A stretch of DNA of 64,000 nucleotides from Isurus oxyrinchus (taxonomy: Eukaryota): positions 682,001-746,000 of the forward strand of contig JANJGN010000151.1 of the NCBI GenBank assembly GCA_026770705.1, given 5' to 3'. Shown here piece after piece: positions 11,367-25,004 of this stretch. The notes below the pieces were generated by a model, which saw only the letters and a program-made list of their open reading frames with translations, made no database searches and was not told where the DNA came from. Position 1 is the stretch's first letter; the number at the start of each line of letters is the position of its first letter. Position numbers and translations under genes: made by a program.

Positions 11367-11858
11367 GGTTTTTGTATAGCCACAGATGAGTTTTAAACCA
11401 GTGTGTTGCTCAGCGCGCAGAAATATACGGTGGTCTCCTGGATTTCTGCTCGAGTGATCATTAGAGGAAATGACTTTCCTTCGTTAGTCTGACCTGCCTC
11501 GAATTTCTCTTTGGTAAAATCTGCATCTTTTTTACTGCTTCTATCTCGATACAAAATAAAATGCGGAGCCTGGTTCGTGTGCTGTCTGCACAAGTACAGG
11601 CCGGGATTACCGTGATTTGTTGTGTAGCTACAGTCTATTTTCTTGCTGTCTCCTTCAGTAACACGCAGTGTGGTCTGAGGTTGGGACACAGAATCTGTCT
11701 GAATCACACCTGAAATAAAACGTAAGCAAAAGCTGAATGCAATACTGAGTTTAAAAGTCTATTAACATCACATAACTGCAAACAGATAAAATGATCTGGC
11801 TGCACCCACCGAACATCAGCCACAATAAAATCAGATGAGGATGCGGCATAAGCCTCAT
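11367..11858 (-). CDS. TCR alpha/delta V segment, open frame but Trp41>Leu (leader 11810-11858, V exon 11406-11709, 23-RSS)
   Basis: MRLMPHPHLILLWLMFG|VIQTDSVSQPQTTLRVTEGDSKKIDCSY...LYLCRQ...TVYFCALSN with a GT-AG intron. RSS CACACTG, 23 bp, ACAAAAACC. Confidence 0.85.
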
Positions 11859-13185
11859 TATATCCTCAGCAACAATCTCTTCAAATAGCAGATATATTTA
11901 CTATTGCAATCTGTTACATTACGAAACAGTTCTGCAGAGAGCTTTAACGGAAGGGGAGTAGGGGGCGGAGGCTGGTGGAAGTACCTTTTGTAATTCTTTT
12001 CCAATAAGAAGTAGCGAATGAGTTGACTCAGTAACCGCATTTTGACACGAGTGCTGACTGGCCAAATATAATTTCTCTACTTCCTCCTACACCGTCTAAT
12101 GGCATCACTCAGAATATCACTCAGTAGGTGGAAGGAGGAGGGGACAACGTTTGGCTGCTGGGGGGAACTATGCTGGATGGGGTTTGTGTTTGGCAATTCG
12201 CCCCTCCCTCCCCTCCTCAGACTTCTTGGTCAGAAAAGAAAATAATGAGGTCATTTAAAGAACAATTGTACATTCGTCATGTTGCAGGAGGGAAATAGCG
12301 AACCAGAGAAACTAGGAGAGGGAATAACAGGACTGAAAAAGACGGAAGAGTCACAAATAATGAAGGCAAGGGTGAATAAGAGACACTGAGGAAGAAATCA
12401 CACCATGATTGTCATAAGGGAACAGCTGCTTTTCCCAGTGTTGTTGTAGCCATTGCCCAGTTATGGGCGATGGTGGCAAGATCGGCATTTATTGCCCATC
12501 CCTCGCTTCACATAAGAATGTTATGATGAGCCTTCTCCTCCAACCGCCAGAGTGTGTATGATGAAAGTGCTCCACAGTACAGTTTTCACCGGAATGAGAA
12601 TTGACAGTGGTTTGTAGGATTAATTGCTAACACAGTACATAAAGAGGTCATTTTGTTAAGCTTGAAGCCTGCAGGAGTTATCCAATAAACCCCAGGCTAT
12701 TTTCCTTTTCCGTAGACCTGCATGTTTTATTTTGAAACATTTATCCAATTGCTTAATATTGTACCTGCTACCATCATTCTTTCAGGAAGGCTTTCAAGAT
12801 CACAATAACTCACCTTGAAACAACTCATAAATCCTCACACACACCCTTTATCCCCGCCCTCCCCGGAATGATTAACTTTAATCGATATCATCTGATTATC
12901 GTCCCTCCCGCCAGAAGAAATGATTTCCTCTCATGTACTTTATAAGAAAATTTTCATAGCTTTGGTCACCTCAATTAAAATTCCCCTTAGTTTCTCTGTT
13001 CCAAGGGAAAAAAAGGTTTCTCGATTCACTACAGCTAAATGATATCCGTACTCCTTGACACCATTGTGTTAGAACGTGAAAAAATGTGTTTTTCATCATT
13101 TTCTCAATGAGAAATTTTATTTTTGAAGAGTGGCTCCGTGGCAGATGCGATTGCTTATCTCTCCAGCTTTTCTATGGTATAACGA

Positions 13186-13710
13186 TGTTTTTGTATGGAG
13201 TAGAGCGGCTTTGTCACACTGTGATCCTCAATCCGCAGAAATAGATGGCGCTGTCTTTAGGCTCCGCTATAGAAATTGGCAAACGAAAAACTTGATAATG
13301 ACGGAAATGACGAGCATCGAATTTTCCGTTTGCAAACTCGGCATCCCTGCGCCTGGTTTTATCACGGTACAACAGAAAAAGGGATGCCTGGTTCGGTGCA
13401 GCCGGTACCAGTAGCAGCCTGGATCCATCAGAACTGGAGTTGTACTCACAGTTCAATTGCGGATTATCTTCCTCATGTAACTTCAACTCATGTTATCTCT
13501 GCACTACCGAACTCCCTCGGGTTTTACCTGTACAATAATATAGAAAACAGTTGTTAACACACTTAGTGATTACGAGCATTCCAGTCCACAATTGCGGTAT
13601 AACTATTATAAGGGGCGTTTGGATAATTTCCACCAGAGAAAGGAAATCATTTTAATACTTACAGATTAAAAGGGGAAGAATGATAAGTCACATCAAAACA
13701 GGGTTCACAT
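13186..13710 (-). pseudogene. TCR alpha/delta V pseudogene
   Basis: Leader begins ATG-TGA. V exon has an FR1 stop and compensating frameshifts around YWYR, and ends DSAIYFCGLRI. RSS CACAGTG (13217-13223), 22 bp, ACAAAAACA. Confidence 0.9.
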
Positions 13711-13964
13711 GTCCCTGTATACCTATTAAAAAGGAGATCTGGAACAGCTCAACAGGCGTCAGCTCTAAAGTCCTGGCAAAATATTCCTGACTCTAATGTT
13801 AAAGTCTTGCCGAGCACGTGCTTAATCAAGGTTTGCTTCCTTGGCACACGATCACCTCAATGACATCCGGAAAGTTGCTCAGTTACAAACAGCAGAAATT
13901 ACCAGGTGATAGACGTAAGCAAGAAACAAACGCAGTTAGCGCCAGTCCGGTTGGGACAGCAAAG

Positions 13965-15760
13965 ATCACTAGTGTGCATGCTTACGTCATACTAGTGGAA
14001 CACTAGGTGCCACAAAACCCACTGTAATATAAATAGACACATAATCAGGAGTATTATAAATAAATGTTTAGTGTCGTACTGCAATAACAGAGGCAGACAT
14101 TGTGTAATATAAATGAAAGCAATGTTTCAAATATTTTAAACAGAGACATTTTCTAAGTAAGTGCTAACTCAGTGCATTGTGAGATAAGCATGGTATACCG
14201 GAGTGAAAACTGAAAAAGCATCTAGTGTAAATTAAACGAAGACACGATTTAGTGCTGATATAACTGCACAACCAGTGGTGAAGTTCAAACACTGACCGAC
14301 CCTGGTCTAACATAAAGAAACAATGTCTTCAATGCAGTACTCACTGATACAAGGTCTAGTGTAAAATAACGATAGAAATGGTCTACCGCCGTAAACAATG
14401 TTAAAGGATACACATCTATTTTAATGTAAACAATGGCATTGGCTTGTGCTGTGAAAACCGAGATAGGGTCTTGCGCAATATAAGCAACCACATGGTTTGA
14501 AGCAGAGCATAGAAAAAGCGCTACGCATAAGAGAACGACTCACATAGTTCAGTGCTAACAAAGAAAGGTCATCTAATGCAATAATTGCTTAAGCACAGTC
14601 CAGCATAACACAAATAGCGAGATGCTCTACTGTCGTAAAAACAGGCAAGGCCGAATCTTTTATAAGTTGAAACATACATTCTAGTGCATTAATATCTATG
14701 GCACAGTTTTGTGTAATACGAACAGAGATCATATTCTTACACCAATAACTGAGATAGGATTAGTGTAACTTAAACAGTTCAACAATGTAATGTAATATGT
14801 AGAACAGCGTCTACTGCAATATAAACGTGGCTGGAAGCTTGTGTAATATGAACAAGGACAGAGTCCAGAGGCAGGTCCTCAATTATTGTAAACAGTGACT
14901 TTATCCAATCTATAATGACGAATACCCAGAGCAACATACGAAGTGTCATGCTATTGCTTAATATAAACAGGAACAGTGTCTACTGGCATTTTAACCGAGA
15001 CATGGCCGACTGCACGATTAACTGAATCATCCCCCAGTGTAATATAGCTGAAGCATAATTTAATTCATTAATGTCTAAGACCTGGCCGACAGTAATGTCA
15101 GAAGGGATGTGTTGGACGGCAATAATAAACTGACGCCGGTTCCGCCCGAAAGCAAACAGACACATGCTCGAGCGGAGTAACAATTAAGAGATGGCCTGAC
15201 ACATGTTAAAGAGTAGAAGGAGCTGAGATAGAGACGGGTGCAAAGACGCAAGAGACAAGTCCAACATAGAATAACATGTGATCTCGTGCAGCAACAATGG
15301 AACTGCACTGAGACCGAGTCTGTAGGAGATAGAACAATGGCATGGTGTTCTGGGATATTATGTCAAAACATGATATAGTGTGATATGAAATCAGATAAAT
15401 GTCCGCGGTAATATGGACAGAGAGAGAATCTAGTATAATGAAAACTGAGATAAGGCCTGGAATAATTTGCAAATGGACACTTCACAGTTTACGACAAAGA
15501 CAGGATGCAAGTTAACAGAACTATAGCCTAGTGCAGTATTAAATAAAGCAGGACCTAGTGTGATACGAGCAGGGGGCGATTCTCCTGCTGTAGTAAAATA
15601 CCACTTAGTCTAATATAAACAGAAATATGATCTGGTTTAAAATGATCAGAGGCATGGTCTAGTGAATTAAAAACTGAGAGAGGACAACCTTTAAAAACAG
15701 TGGCATCGTCTAATACATTTTTAACATAGCCTGCTGAAATACAAATGAAGGAATGGTCCT
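13965..15760 (+). repeat. Ancient degenerate ~27-bp tandem repeat (consensus near tctagtgtaatataaacagagacaggg)
   Basis: Recurring gtgtaata(t)aaacaga motif at ~27-bp spacing. Confidence 0.7.
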
Positions 15761-15859
15761 ACTGCCATCGGGTGGACGCTGAATGCAATGACCCTAGTTC
15801 ACCGATGCCACAATGTTAATGGAAATGATAGCTCTCAGGAGGACTCTAAGATTCTGTAA

Positions 15860-17700
15860 AGGAATACAAACCAGTTAAAAGTGTGGAAGCAGCACAGAAG
15901 ACGGACTAAGCGTGAAATTCTGCACTTGGTAGTGGTGCTGAGGGGACGGGGGGACATGGCATTAGTTATAGATCACGGAAAGTTAAAATTCTGGCACAGT
16001 ATGCGGTTAGGAAATCAAATGGTATGTTAGCCATTTTTGAAATGGATTTGAGTATGAGTTTAGAAGTCTTACAGCAATTGTATAAGGCCTTGGTGAGATT
16101 ACCTCGGGTACAGTGTACAGTTTTGGTCTTCAAACCTAAGGAAGGATGTATTTGCCTTAGAGAGGATGTGACAAAGGTTGACCACATTAATTCCTGGGAT
16201 GAGGTGCTTGTCTCATGATGAGAGGTTAAGTCGGCTTTGCACACATTTCACTGAACTTTTTAAATTTTTCTTTTAAAGGATGTGGGCTTTGTTGACTGGG
16301 CCAGCATTTTTTGCCCATCCCTAATTGCCCTTGAGAAGGGGTTCGTGAGCTGCCTTGCGGAATCGCTGAGGTCCCTGTGGTGCAGGTACACCCAGAGTAC
16401 AGTTACAGATGGGGTTCCAGGATTTTGACCCAAAGACAGTGAAAGACCGGTGATATTTTCCCAAGTTAGAATGCTGGATGTCTTGGATGGGATGATTCCT
16501 AATGGTGGCAATCCTATGTGTCTACTGTGTTGCCCTTCTTGCTAGTCGTGGTCCTGAGTTTGGAAGTTGCTGTCTAAGGAGCCTTGGTGAATTCCTGCAG
16601 TGCAGCTTGTTGATGTGCGTCGGTGGTGGAGGGAGTGAATGTTTGTTGATGGGGTGTTAAACAAGTGGGTTGTTTGATCAGGGGCCGCATCAAGCTCCTT
16701 GATTGCGGTGCTCATCCAAACAAATGGAGATTATTCCAAAACACCCGTGACTTGTGCCTTGTGGATAGTGGACAGGCTTTAGTGAGTCAGGGGGTGATTT
16801 ACTTGACGTACGACTCCTAGCTTCTGGCCTGCTCTTGCAGGCATAGTATTCATGTGGCTAGTCCAGTTCAGTTTCTGGTCAATGATAACACCCAGGATGT
16901 TGTTATGTGGGGATTCTGAGATGGCAATGCCTTTGCACATCAAGAGGCCATGGTCAGATTCTTTCTTGTTGGAGATGTTCATTGCCTGGTACCTGTGTGG
17001 CGTCAATGTTACTTACCACTTATCAGCCCAAGTCTGGACATTGGCTAGGTCTTGCTGCATTTGGACATGGACTGCCTCAGTACCTGAGGAGTCGTGAATG
17101 GTGCTGAACATTGTGTAATCATCAGTGGACCTCATCACTTCTAACATCTAAGTAAGGTCATTGATGAAGCAGCTGAAGATGGTGGGGCTGAGGGCACGAC
17201 CCTGAGGAACTCCTGCAGTGATGTCCCGGAACTGAGATGATTGGCTTTTAACAGCCACAACGATCTTCTTTTGTGCTGTGTATGACTCCAACCAGCGGAG
17301 AGCTTTCTCCCAAATACCCGTTGATTCCAGTTTTGCCAGGGCCCCTTGACGCCACATTCAGTCAAATGCTGCCTTCATGTCAAGGGCAGTCGCTTTCAAC
17401 TGTCCTCTGATAATAATGAGAGGGGATCTCACATATAATTTTTAAGGAGCTGCGAGGATGTCGGCTTCACCGGGGAATCTAGTACCAAGGCTCACAATCT
17501 CAGCATACAGGGTTGACAATTTGGGACTGAGGTTTCTGTACCCATTGAACTGTGGGGTTTCTGGTGACAAAAAGAATTAAAGAATATGGGGATATTCCTG
17601 TAACGTGGAACTGAGGCAGAACATGAACCATAAATTTACTGCTTGGTGGTGAGGACTCGAATGGTTGATTGCCTAATATATTCCTATATCGTATATTTTT
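15860..17700 (+). mobile_element. CR1 LINE 3' fragment, interrupted by a nested LINE
   Basis: RT C-terminus LQQLYKALVR at 16070 breaks at ~16260 and resumes at ~17410 (atgagaggggatctc). Confidence 0.75.
16270..17410 (-). mobile_element. LINE (CR1/L2 clade) RT fragment with 3' tail
   Basis: ALAKLES...LRWLESY...ITAGVPQG..LSPTIFSCFINDL and LGVIIDQKLNWTSHMN. Confidence 0.9.
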
Positions 17701-18399
17701 ATGTAGAACTGTCTCATTATTTTTACATTAATAGAGAAACGTGGCTGAGTGCAATCATTCGTGTTCCAGTGTTTAGTGTAATATAAACAAAAATATGATT
17801 TGGTACAGTGCAACTGAGATAAGTTCGAGCGGACTAAGGACAATGACATGCTCTTGTACAGTAATGACAGAGATAGGTCCTTGTGCACTATGAGCAGTAG
17901 CTCCGTTCGGCTGCCAGTACGTGTCTACAGATTTCAAATGCGCCACTACAGCACTGCCTCATTATTTCTACAGCACATTTTTATTTTCAGCACTAGTTCA
18001 AAATTTGACATTGTAATTAATGTACAAATGCTGGGCAAGTCATTGATTAGCAGGTCAACAGACACTGACCTACCACCCCATCACGTTCCGCAGGAGGTAA
18101 AATGGGTTTTAAGTGCACTACTTGAAGATGAGCTTCATGCACAGAAACATCAACGACAGAGGAAAGTGTCTCAGACCCCAACAATGTATCTTTGGTTATT
18201 TAAGGTCAAGAGGGGGATATTGACCAATATATTGTGTAGGACCATGCGAGCTTTAAGTCCTACCAGAACAGCCAAGATTCATGATCTCTCCAAAAAGATA
18301 GCACCTTTTCAATAACCCGATTAGAATTCTGGTAGTTATGCTCAGGTTCTGAATTTGAGGTGGAATCCACAATGAGATGACTCTCAAATCAGCACAATC

Positions 18400-20676
18400 A
18401 GAAAGGAATAATTGGCAATCTACTTGTGCGAGGCTCCTTGGGGATGAGCGACCATAATATGATAGAATTCTTCATCAAGATGGAGAGTGACGTAGTTGAT
18501 TCTGAGACTAGGGCCCTGAATCTTAATAAAGGAAACTATGATGGTTTGAGGTGCGAGTTGGCTATGATGGATTGAGAAACAATATTTAAAGGGACAAAGG
18601 TGGATAGGCATTGGCAAACGTTCAAACAGCGCATGGGTGAACTGAAACAATTGTTTATTCCTGTCTGGTGCATAAGTAAAATATGAAAGGTGGCCAAACC
18701 ATGGCTTACAGGGGAACTTAGAGTTTAGGTTAGATCCAAGGAATAGTCATACATATTGGCCAGAAAAAACAACAGGCTTGAGGTTTGGAAGCACTCTAGA
18801 ATTCAGCAAAGGAGGACGAAGCAATTGATTAAGAAGGGGAAAATAGAGCCAGAAAGTAAGCTTGCGGGGAACATAAAAACTGACTGTAAAAGTTGCTGTA
18901 GGTATGTGAAGAGAAAAAGATTGGTGAAGACAAATGTAGGCCCCTTATAGTAAGAAACAGGGAAATTTATAATGGCCGACCAACTAAGTACATACTTTGC
19001 CTTCAAAATGGAGGACAAAAATAACAAGGAATGTTGTGGAACACATGGTTTAGTGAAAGCGAGGAACTGAAAGAAATCAGTATTAGTAGGGAGTTGGTGT
19101 TGTGGGAATTGATGGGATTGAAGGCCGATAAACCCCCAGGGCCTGATAATCTATATCCCAGAGTGCTTAAGAAAGTGGCCCAAATATTATGGATGCATTG
19201 GTGGTCATCTTCCGAGATTCTATATACTCTGGACCAGTTCCTGCAGATTGGAGGTTAGTTAATGTAACCCCGCCATTCCAAAAGGGAAGTTGAGAGAAAA
19301 GCAGGAATTATAAACCAGTCAGCCTGACGTCCGTAATGGGGAAAATTCAAAAGTCTATTAGAAAAATTTAATAGCTGAGCACTTGGAAAACAGTGACAGA
19401 TTCGGACAGAGTCAGCATGGATTTACAAATGGGAAATCATGCTTGACAAATCTACTGGAAGTTTTCGAGAATGTAACGAGTAGAGTTGATGAGGGGGGCC
19501 CAGTGGATTTGGATTTTCAGAAGGCTTCGACAAAGTCCCACATAAGGGATTAGCGTTTAAAATTAAAGCACATGGGACTGGGAGTAGTGTTTTGAGATAG
19601 ATAGAAAACTGTTTGGCAGACAGGAAACAAAGAGTTGGAATAAATGGGCCTTTTTCCAAATGGCAGCAGTGATTCGTGGGGTACCGCAGCGATTGGTATA
19701 TATTAATGATTTAGATGAAGGAGCTAAATGTAATATCTCCAAATTTGTCGATGACACAAAGTTGGGTGGGAGGGTGAGCTTTGCGGAGGATGCAGAGATG
19801 CTTCAGTAAGATTTGGAAAAGTTGAGTGAATAGGCAAATGCATGGCAGATGCAATATAATGTGCAAAAATGTGATGTTATCCACTTTGGTAGCAAAAACA
19901 ATAAGGCAGGTTATTATCTGAATGGCTATACATTGGAAGGGGAATGTGTAACGAGACCTGGATGTCCTCGTGCATCAGTCATTGAAAGTAAGCATGCAGG
20001 TACACCAGGCGGTAAAGAAGGCAAATGGTAAGTTGGCCTTCATAGCGACAGGATTCGAGTACAGGAGCAGGGTGTCTTGCTGCAATTTTACAGGGCCTTG
20101 ATGAGACCACCTTTGGAATATTGTCTGCAGTTTTGGTCTCCATTCTGACGAAGGGTATTCTTGCTATAGATGGAGTACGGCGATGTTTACTCAGACTGAT
20201 TCCTGGGATGTCGGGACTGACATATGAGGAGAGATTGAGTCGGTTAGGATTACATTCGCTGAAGTTCAGAAGAATTGGTGGGGGGTGGGGGGGATCTCAT
20301 AGAAACATATAGAATTCTAACAGGACTAGACAGGGTAGATACAGGAAGGATGTTCCCGATGGTGGAGGAGTCTACAACCAGGGGTCACAGTCTGTGGATA
20401 CGGGGTAGACCATTTAGGACTGATATGAGGAGAAATTTCTTCACCCAGAGAGTAGTGAGCGTGTGAAATTTGCTACCAAAGACAGTAGTTGAGGCCAAAA
20501 CATTGTATGTTCTCAATAAGGAGTTAGATATAGCTTTTGGGGTGAAAGGGCTCAAATGATGTGGGGAGAAAGCTGGAGCAGGCTATTGAGTTCGATGATC
20601 AGCCATGATCATATTGAATGATGGAGCAGGCTCGAAGGGCCGAATGGCCTACTCCTGCTCCTAGTTTCTATGTTTC
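18400..20676 (+). mobile_element. CR1 LINE, 5'-truncated, decayed ORF2
   Basis: SDHNMIEF endonuclease end, LKADKPPGPD, RT motifs (DDTKLG), RTDMRRNFFTQRVV, ends in a tttctatgtttc tail. Confidence 0.93.
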
Positions 20677-21974
20677 AATGTAAGTCATTTTCGCTACTAA
20701 AGAGCTGAAAGGCTTGAGGTCATATCTTATATTTACAAATATACCATTTCATTCGCTGACACAGTTTCTGTTAAGCAACCCTATGCTAATATCACATAAA
20801 GCAGCCTGAAGAATACAATTGCTAACCTTAATTCATCCAATTTCAATTTATGGGCTCATCAAGCCGAAAGGAAAGATGGAGCCCACCCACCCCATCAAAA
20901 CTGTGCCCGTTCCCTGGAAAAAATTCTTATAATTAGATGTACTCTCCTTCTCTTTCTCCAAACCCCTGCACCTCTTCCACTTGCAAGCATCTGTACAGTT
21001 TCCTTTTTAAAGTCCCAACTGAATATAGTTCCATTCCCCTAAAGGAAATAAAGCCCAGCTCACAACAATTCGCTGCATAAAAAAAATGTGACTTTTCCCC
21101 TTTATTCCTCTACGAATTGTCTGAACATTGGCTACCGATCCTGCTGCCAGTGGAATTAGCATCTCACTAACAATTCTGTGAAACAACCTTTCAGAAATTT
21201 AGAAACCTCTGGTATAATCCCCCTCTCAGATTCCCTGCCCTAAGGAAGAAATCCTGTTTCTCTAATCTCTTCAGATACCCGAGGTATCTCATCTCTGGTT
21301 CAATTTGAATAAATATCTTCTGGGCCCGCTCCAAAACTATTGTATGCTTCTGAAAGTATGGTTTCGAATAAATTTAATACCTGTTTTCCCTTCAGATAAG
21401 TTCCAGCGATATATGCTCGTTTACAATTAGTCTAAACAACAATTTGTGTAATTCCAATCTCTGTACCAATACTATTACTTTCGCCGACAGCGCACAGAAT
21501 GACCTGCACTCAACAAAATTGGTTTCAGTCTTCAATGTCAGTAAGATCACTCTCACCACCTGCTGACGAACACCCTCTACTACAAGCCCCGGAGTTTATC
21601 TAAAATGATTCAGAATTTGCCAGTGAATTTCACTCAGTGAAGTTTTTCAACGCAAACCACGAGAGACTAGAGATGAACAAGAATTAAATACGGAAGTGCC
21701 AATATTACTGTTATGAATTCCGAGAAGTTTTCCGTGAGAAGGTGTGCAGTTACTGAGCAAGAGACTGGCGGCGAAGAAAGGAACAAAACCATTTCTGCCG
21801 GTGGAGCGGGATGAACAGCTGCAGCCCAGTTTCTTGTGGTGGAGGCTCACTTGCTCCCCTCTTATGGCGCATTGTAAACGTCTGGAACGAACAAAGAGCG
21901 CATCGAAATTTTGCAGATATTTTCAGTGCACGGTTGCAACACGGAGACTATTGTGTCAAGCGACACTCCCCGTT

Positions 21975-22560
21975 TACAAGTGTTTTCATTACACCAGACA
22001 GACGTTCATGTGATAGAATCAGAGGCATGGCGTAATGAAATATAAACGGAGCCAGGGCCCAATATAGTAAAAACCAGGAGACAACGTCTGATGTAACATA
22101 AACAACGGCATGCATTTATGCAGCAACATCTGGCACATGGCCAAATGTAATATAAATTATTATATTATAATACAATGCATGGTATTATGAAATACTATAT
22201 TATAATAGCATTACAAAATCAAGTGTAGCTGCATAGGGCAATTGGTTGTCACTCTATTCTATGCATGGGTAAGGCATTCAAGGCTTGTGGGCTTGAATTC
22301 CACCATGGTCAAATTTCGAGGGGACAAGTTGAGACAAACTCAGCTCTGATTCTGCAGCAGTAATAACTGCGGCGGGGTTCTGGTGTAATATCACGTGAAA
22401 TAGATGCAATGCTAGAATAAACTTAATTACGGGCTCTTCTGTAATTTAAGCAGGTGTTTCATCAGTGCAGCAATAACAGAAACCGTGAATCATATTATAT
22501 AAATGGAGAAAGAGCTACATAAACAGTGATAGAGAGTATAGATATAGTTCCAAGCTAAGA
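21975..22560 (+). repeat. Degenerate ~27-bp tandem repeat block
   Basis: Same motif as 13965-15760. Confidence 0.55.
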
Positions 22561-22819
22561 TATCCATTTGCTTGACGAATCGAATGACCCGAACTATCAA
22601 TAATCTATGAAAATACAGTCACGTAAGCTTACATTGATTAGACGCACGGCCACCTCCATTTGACCTTCCATGGTATGACCTACAGTCAGTTCCCCAAGAA
22701 CATCCTGAGTACCCGTGGCTACAGCAGCACATCAGAGGTTGAATCCTGATTCCCAATCGCAGCTGTGGGGTGTGAAGCCCATAGGATGCACTGCAGCAGC
22801 ACACAAAGCCTTTATTTTA

Positions 22820-23470
22820 TTAATTTATGGGCTTCGCTTTCTGGGGAAGCAATCATTGCCCATCCCAAGTTGCCTTTTAGAAGGTGGGGGGAGCTGCCTT
22901 CTTTAACCGCTGCAATCCATGTGGTGTAGGTACGCCCACAGTGCTGTAAGGAAAGGATTGCCAGGATTTTGACCCAGTAATTGAAGGACTAGTGGATATA
23001 TTTCCAAGTTCGGATGGTGAGTGACTTGGAGGGGAACTTCCAGGTGGTGGTGTTACGGTCTATCTGTCTGCCCTTGTCCTTCTAGGCAGTAGCGATCGTG
23101 GATTTGGAAGGTAATGTCGTGTACCCTCGGAGAGTTTCTGCAGTGCACCTTGTAGATGGTACAGACTGCTGCTACTGTGCATCGGTGGTAAGTATCCCCC
23201 AAATGCATGATCTCAATCACTTGGAAGGGCAACGGGAACATGGTAAGAACCATCACATCCACTTTCCCCTCCAAGTCAAACATCATTCCAACTTACATAT
23301 ATCGCCGGTCCTTCATCGATCCTGGCTCTTAATTTTGTAAATCCTAGCTGACAGCATTGTGTGTTCAACTTCAGCAGAGGAGCTGCTGTGGTTCAAGAAG
23401 GTTGTTCCCTGGTGGGAAGTAGAAATGTGTGTTAAATACGGGCCTTCATAGTGCTTTCCACATCACCAGA
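22820..23470. mobile_element. Two LINE 3' tail fragments in opposite orientation
   Basis: 22820-23185 minus and ~23200-23470 plus match the tail family at 16270-16630 and 39200-39515. Confidence 0.7.
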
Positions 23471-24038
23471 AAAGATGCAAGGCAATGCGAGAAACAGCGG
23501 GTACAGAATGACAAATACCAGGCGTTATCTTTCTTGCTTTTGTCAGTTTTTCGTTCAGTTTTACTGTATATTTGAAATCTTTGTTTTTTGTTCTTTCTCT
23601 ATTCCAGTTTTTTCTCTCCTCTCCTCCACTTTCCCTCGTGCACTCTCATTCATTAATTCTCTTCCTGCTTTTGGAATATGATGAGTTGCCTTACATCGCA
23701 AAAATATTACTTTTTTGAGCACGACGACGAGGCAGTGATGGCGGGGCGAATTTTCAAACACAAAGCCCGCCCAGCGCGGTGCTGTACACAACCCGGGTCT
23801 CTCCTCCTCCTCTATGAATTATATTCTGAGTGATGCCGTCAGATGCGGCAGGAGAACGAGACAGTTCTCCTGTTCAAACCCAGATAATTGATTTGTTACA
23901 TTTTGATAACAGCAGAATTGCTTCCTCATCTCCTGCTCTACATATATGCCAACCCGTTTTTCCACGGTTATTTAACAGATTACAACAGCAAATAAAACTG
24001 CTCTTCCAAGGGGCTGTTGTTGCATCATAATAGATCTC

Positions 24039-24524
24039 AAGTCGTACCGTCATCCCGTTATATTCTGATTGGTGTTCGGTAGGTACGGCCATGCCTGGTA
24101 TCTGTTTACACTTATGTGGTGTTATTAGACATTCTAACACAGTTAAAGTTATAGTTAGCCCTCGGTTCATTTTTATTTCAGAGGAGATTCGGGCAGATGC
24201 GGGATCACAAGCTCAGACTGCACTCTACGTGTCTGAAGGAGATGGTGTGATTATAGACTGTAGATTATAGACACAACAAACCTCGGTGACCCCAATCTGT
24301 GTTAATACAGACAGCATACAACGGCTCCCAGTTTTATTTTGCATCGGGAAAACGACAGAAAAATGGACGCCGATATTGTCAACGGAAGATCGAAGCCAAG
24401 CAGACTAATTCAGAAAAGAAGTTTTCTTCATCGACCGCTCGAACGGAAATAGAGGGCACAGCTCTATCTTTCTGCTGGTTGCGGTCAGAATTATTTCAAA
24501 CTCATCTGCCGCTGTACAAAAACC
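24039..24524 (+). pseudogene. TCR alpha/delta V pseudogene (inverted paralog of 11367-11858)
   Basis: Leader without ATG and with a stop. EEIRADAGSQAQTALYVSEGDGVIIDC.., NLC*YRQH, frameshifts. Heptamer decayed (CAGAATT), nonamer ACAAAAACC at 24516-24524. Confidence 0.9.
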
Positions 24525-25004
24525 ACACTGATATAGAACTGGCACAGGCGTTCTCTCCAGGTCAAAGGAACATGCCCTGCTTTGTCAGTGCTATCCGCTG
24601 CTCAGTGGGTCTGACTGCTGCATCTGAATTATAAGGGTATGAATTCATTTTTCACTCCAGAGAGTTCAGTCCATCATCCAGGCTGATTCTCGGGTTAAAC
24701 CGACGGTCCCACGACTTTCTTAGATAAAAAAATCCCAGACCTCTATTTTGGAAAATGATGGCAGATTTCTCCCAAGTTTCCTGGACCTATTCTAATGCTT
24801 CAACCGACATCACTAAAACAGCTTATCAGGTTGTTTTTTTGTGGGAGCTTATGGTGTATATATTAGCTATCGCGTTTCTATATTTCAACAACGACTGCCC
24901 TGCGAATTAATCCATTAACTCTTTAAGGTGTGTCGGGCAGACTGGATTTTCTCGCTGCCATTGTTGGTATATGTAACATATTGAACATTGTAATAGGGAG
25001 CAAC

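Noticed and set aside
13965-15760. CRISPR-like periodicity
   Set aside because: Eukaryotic context, degenerate contiguous units, no constant repeat with unique spacers and no cas genes
17848-18315. 155-aa ORF
   Set aside because: No recognisable domain. It overlaps repeat-derived sequence.
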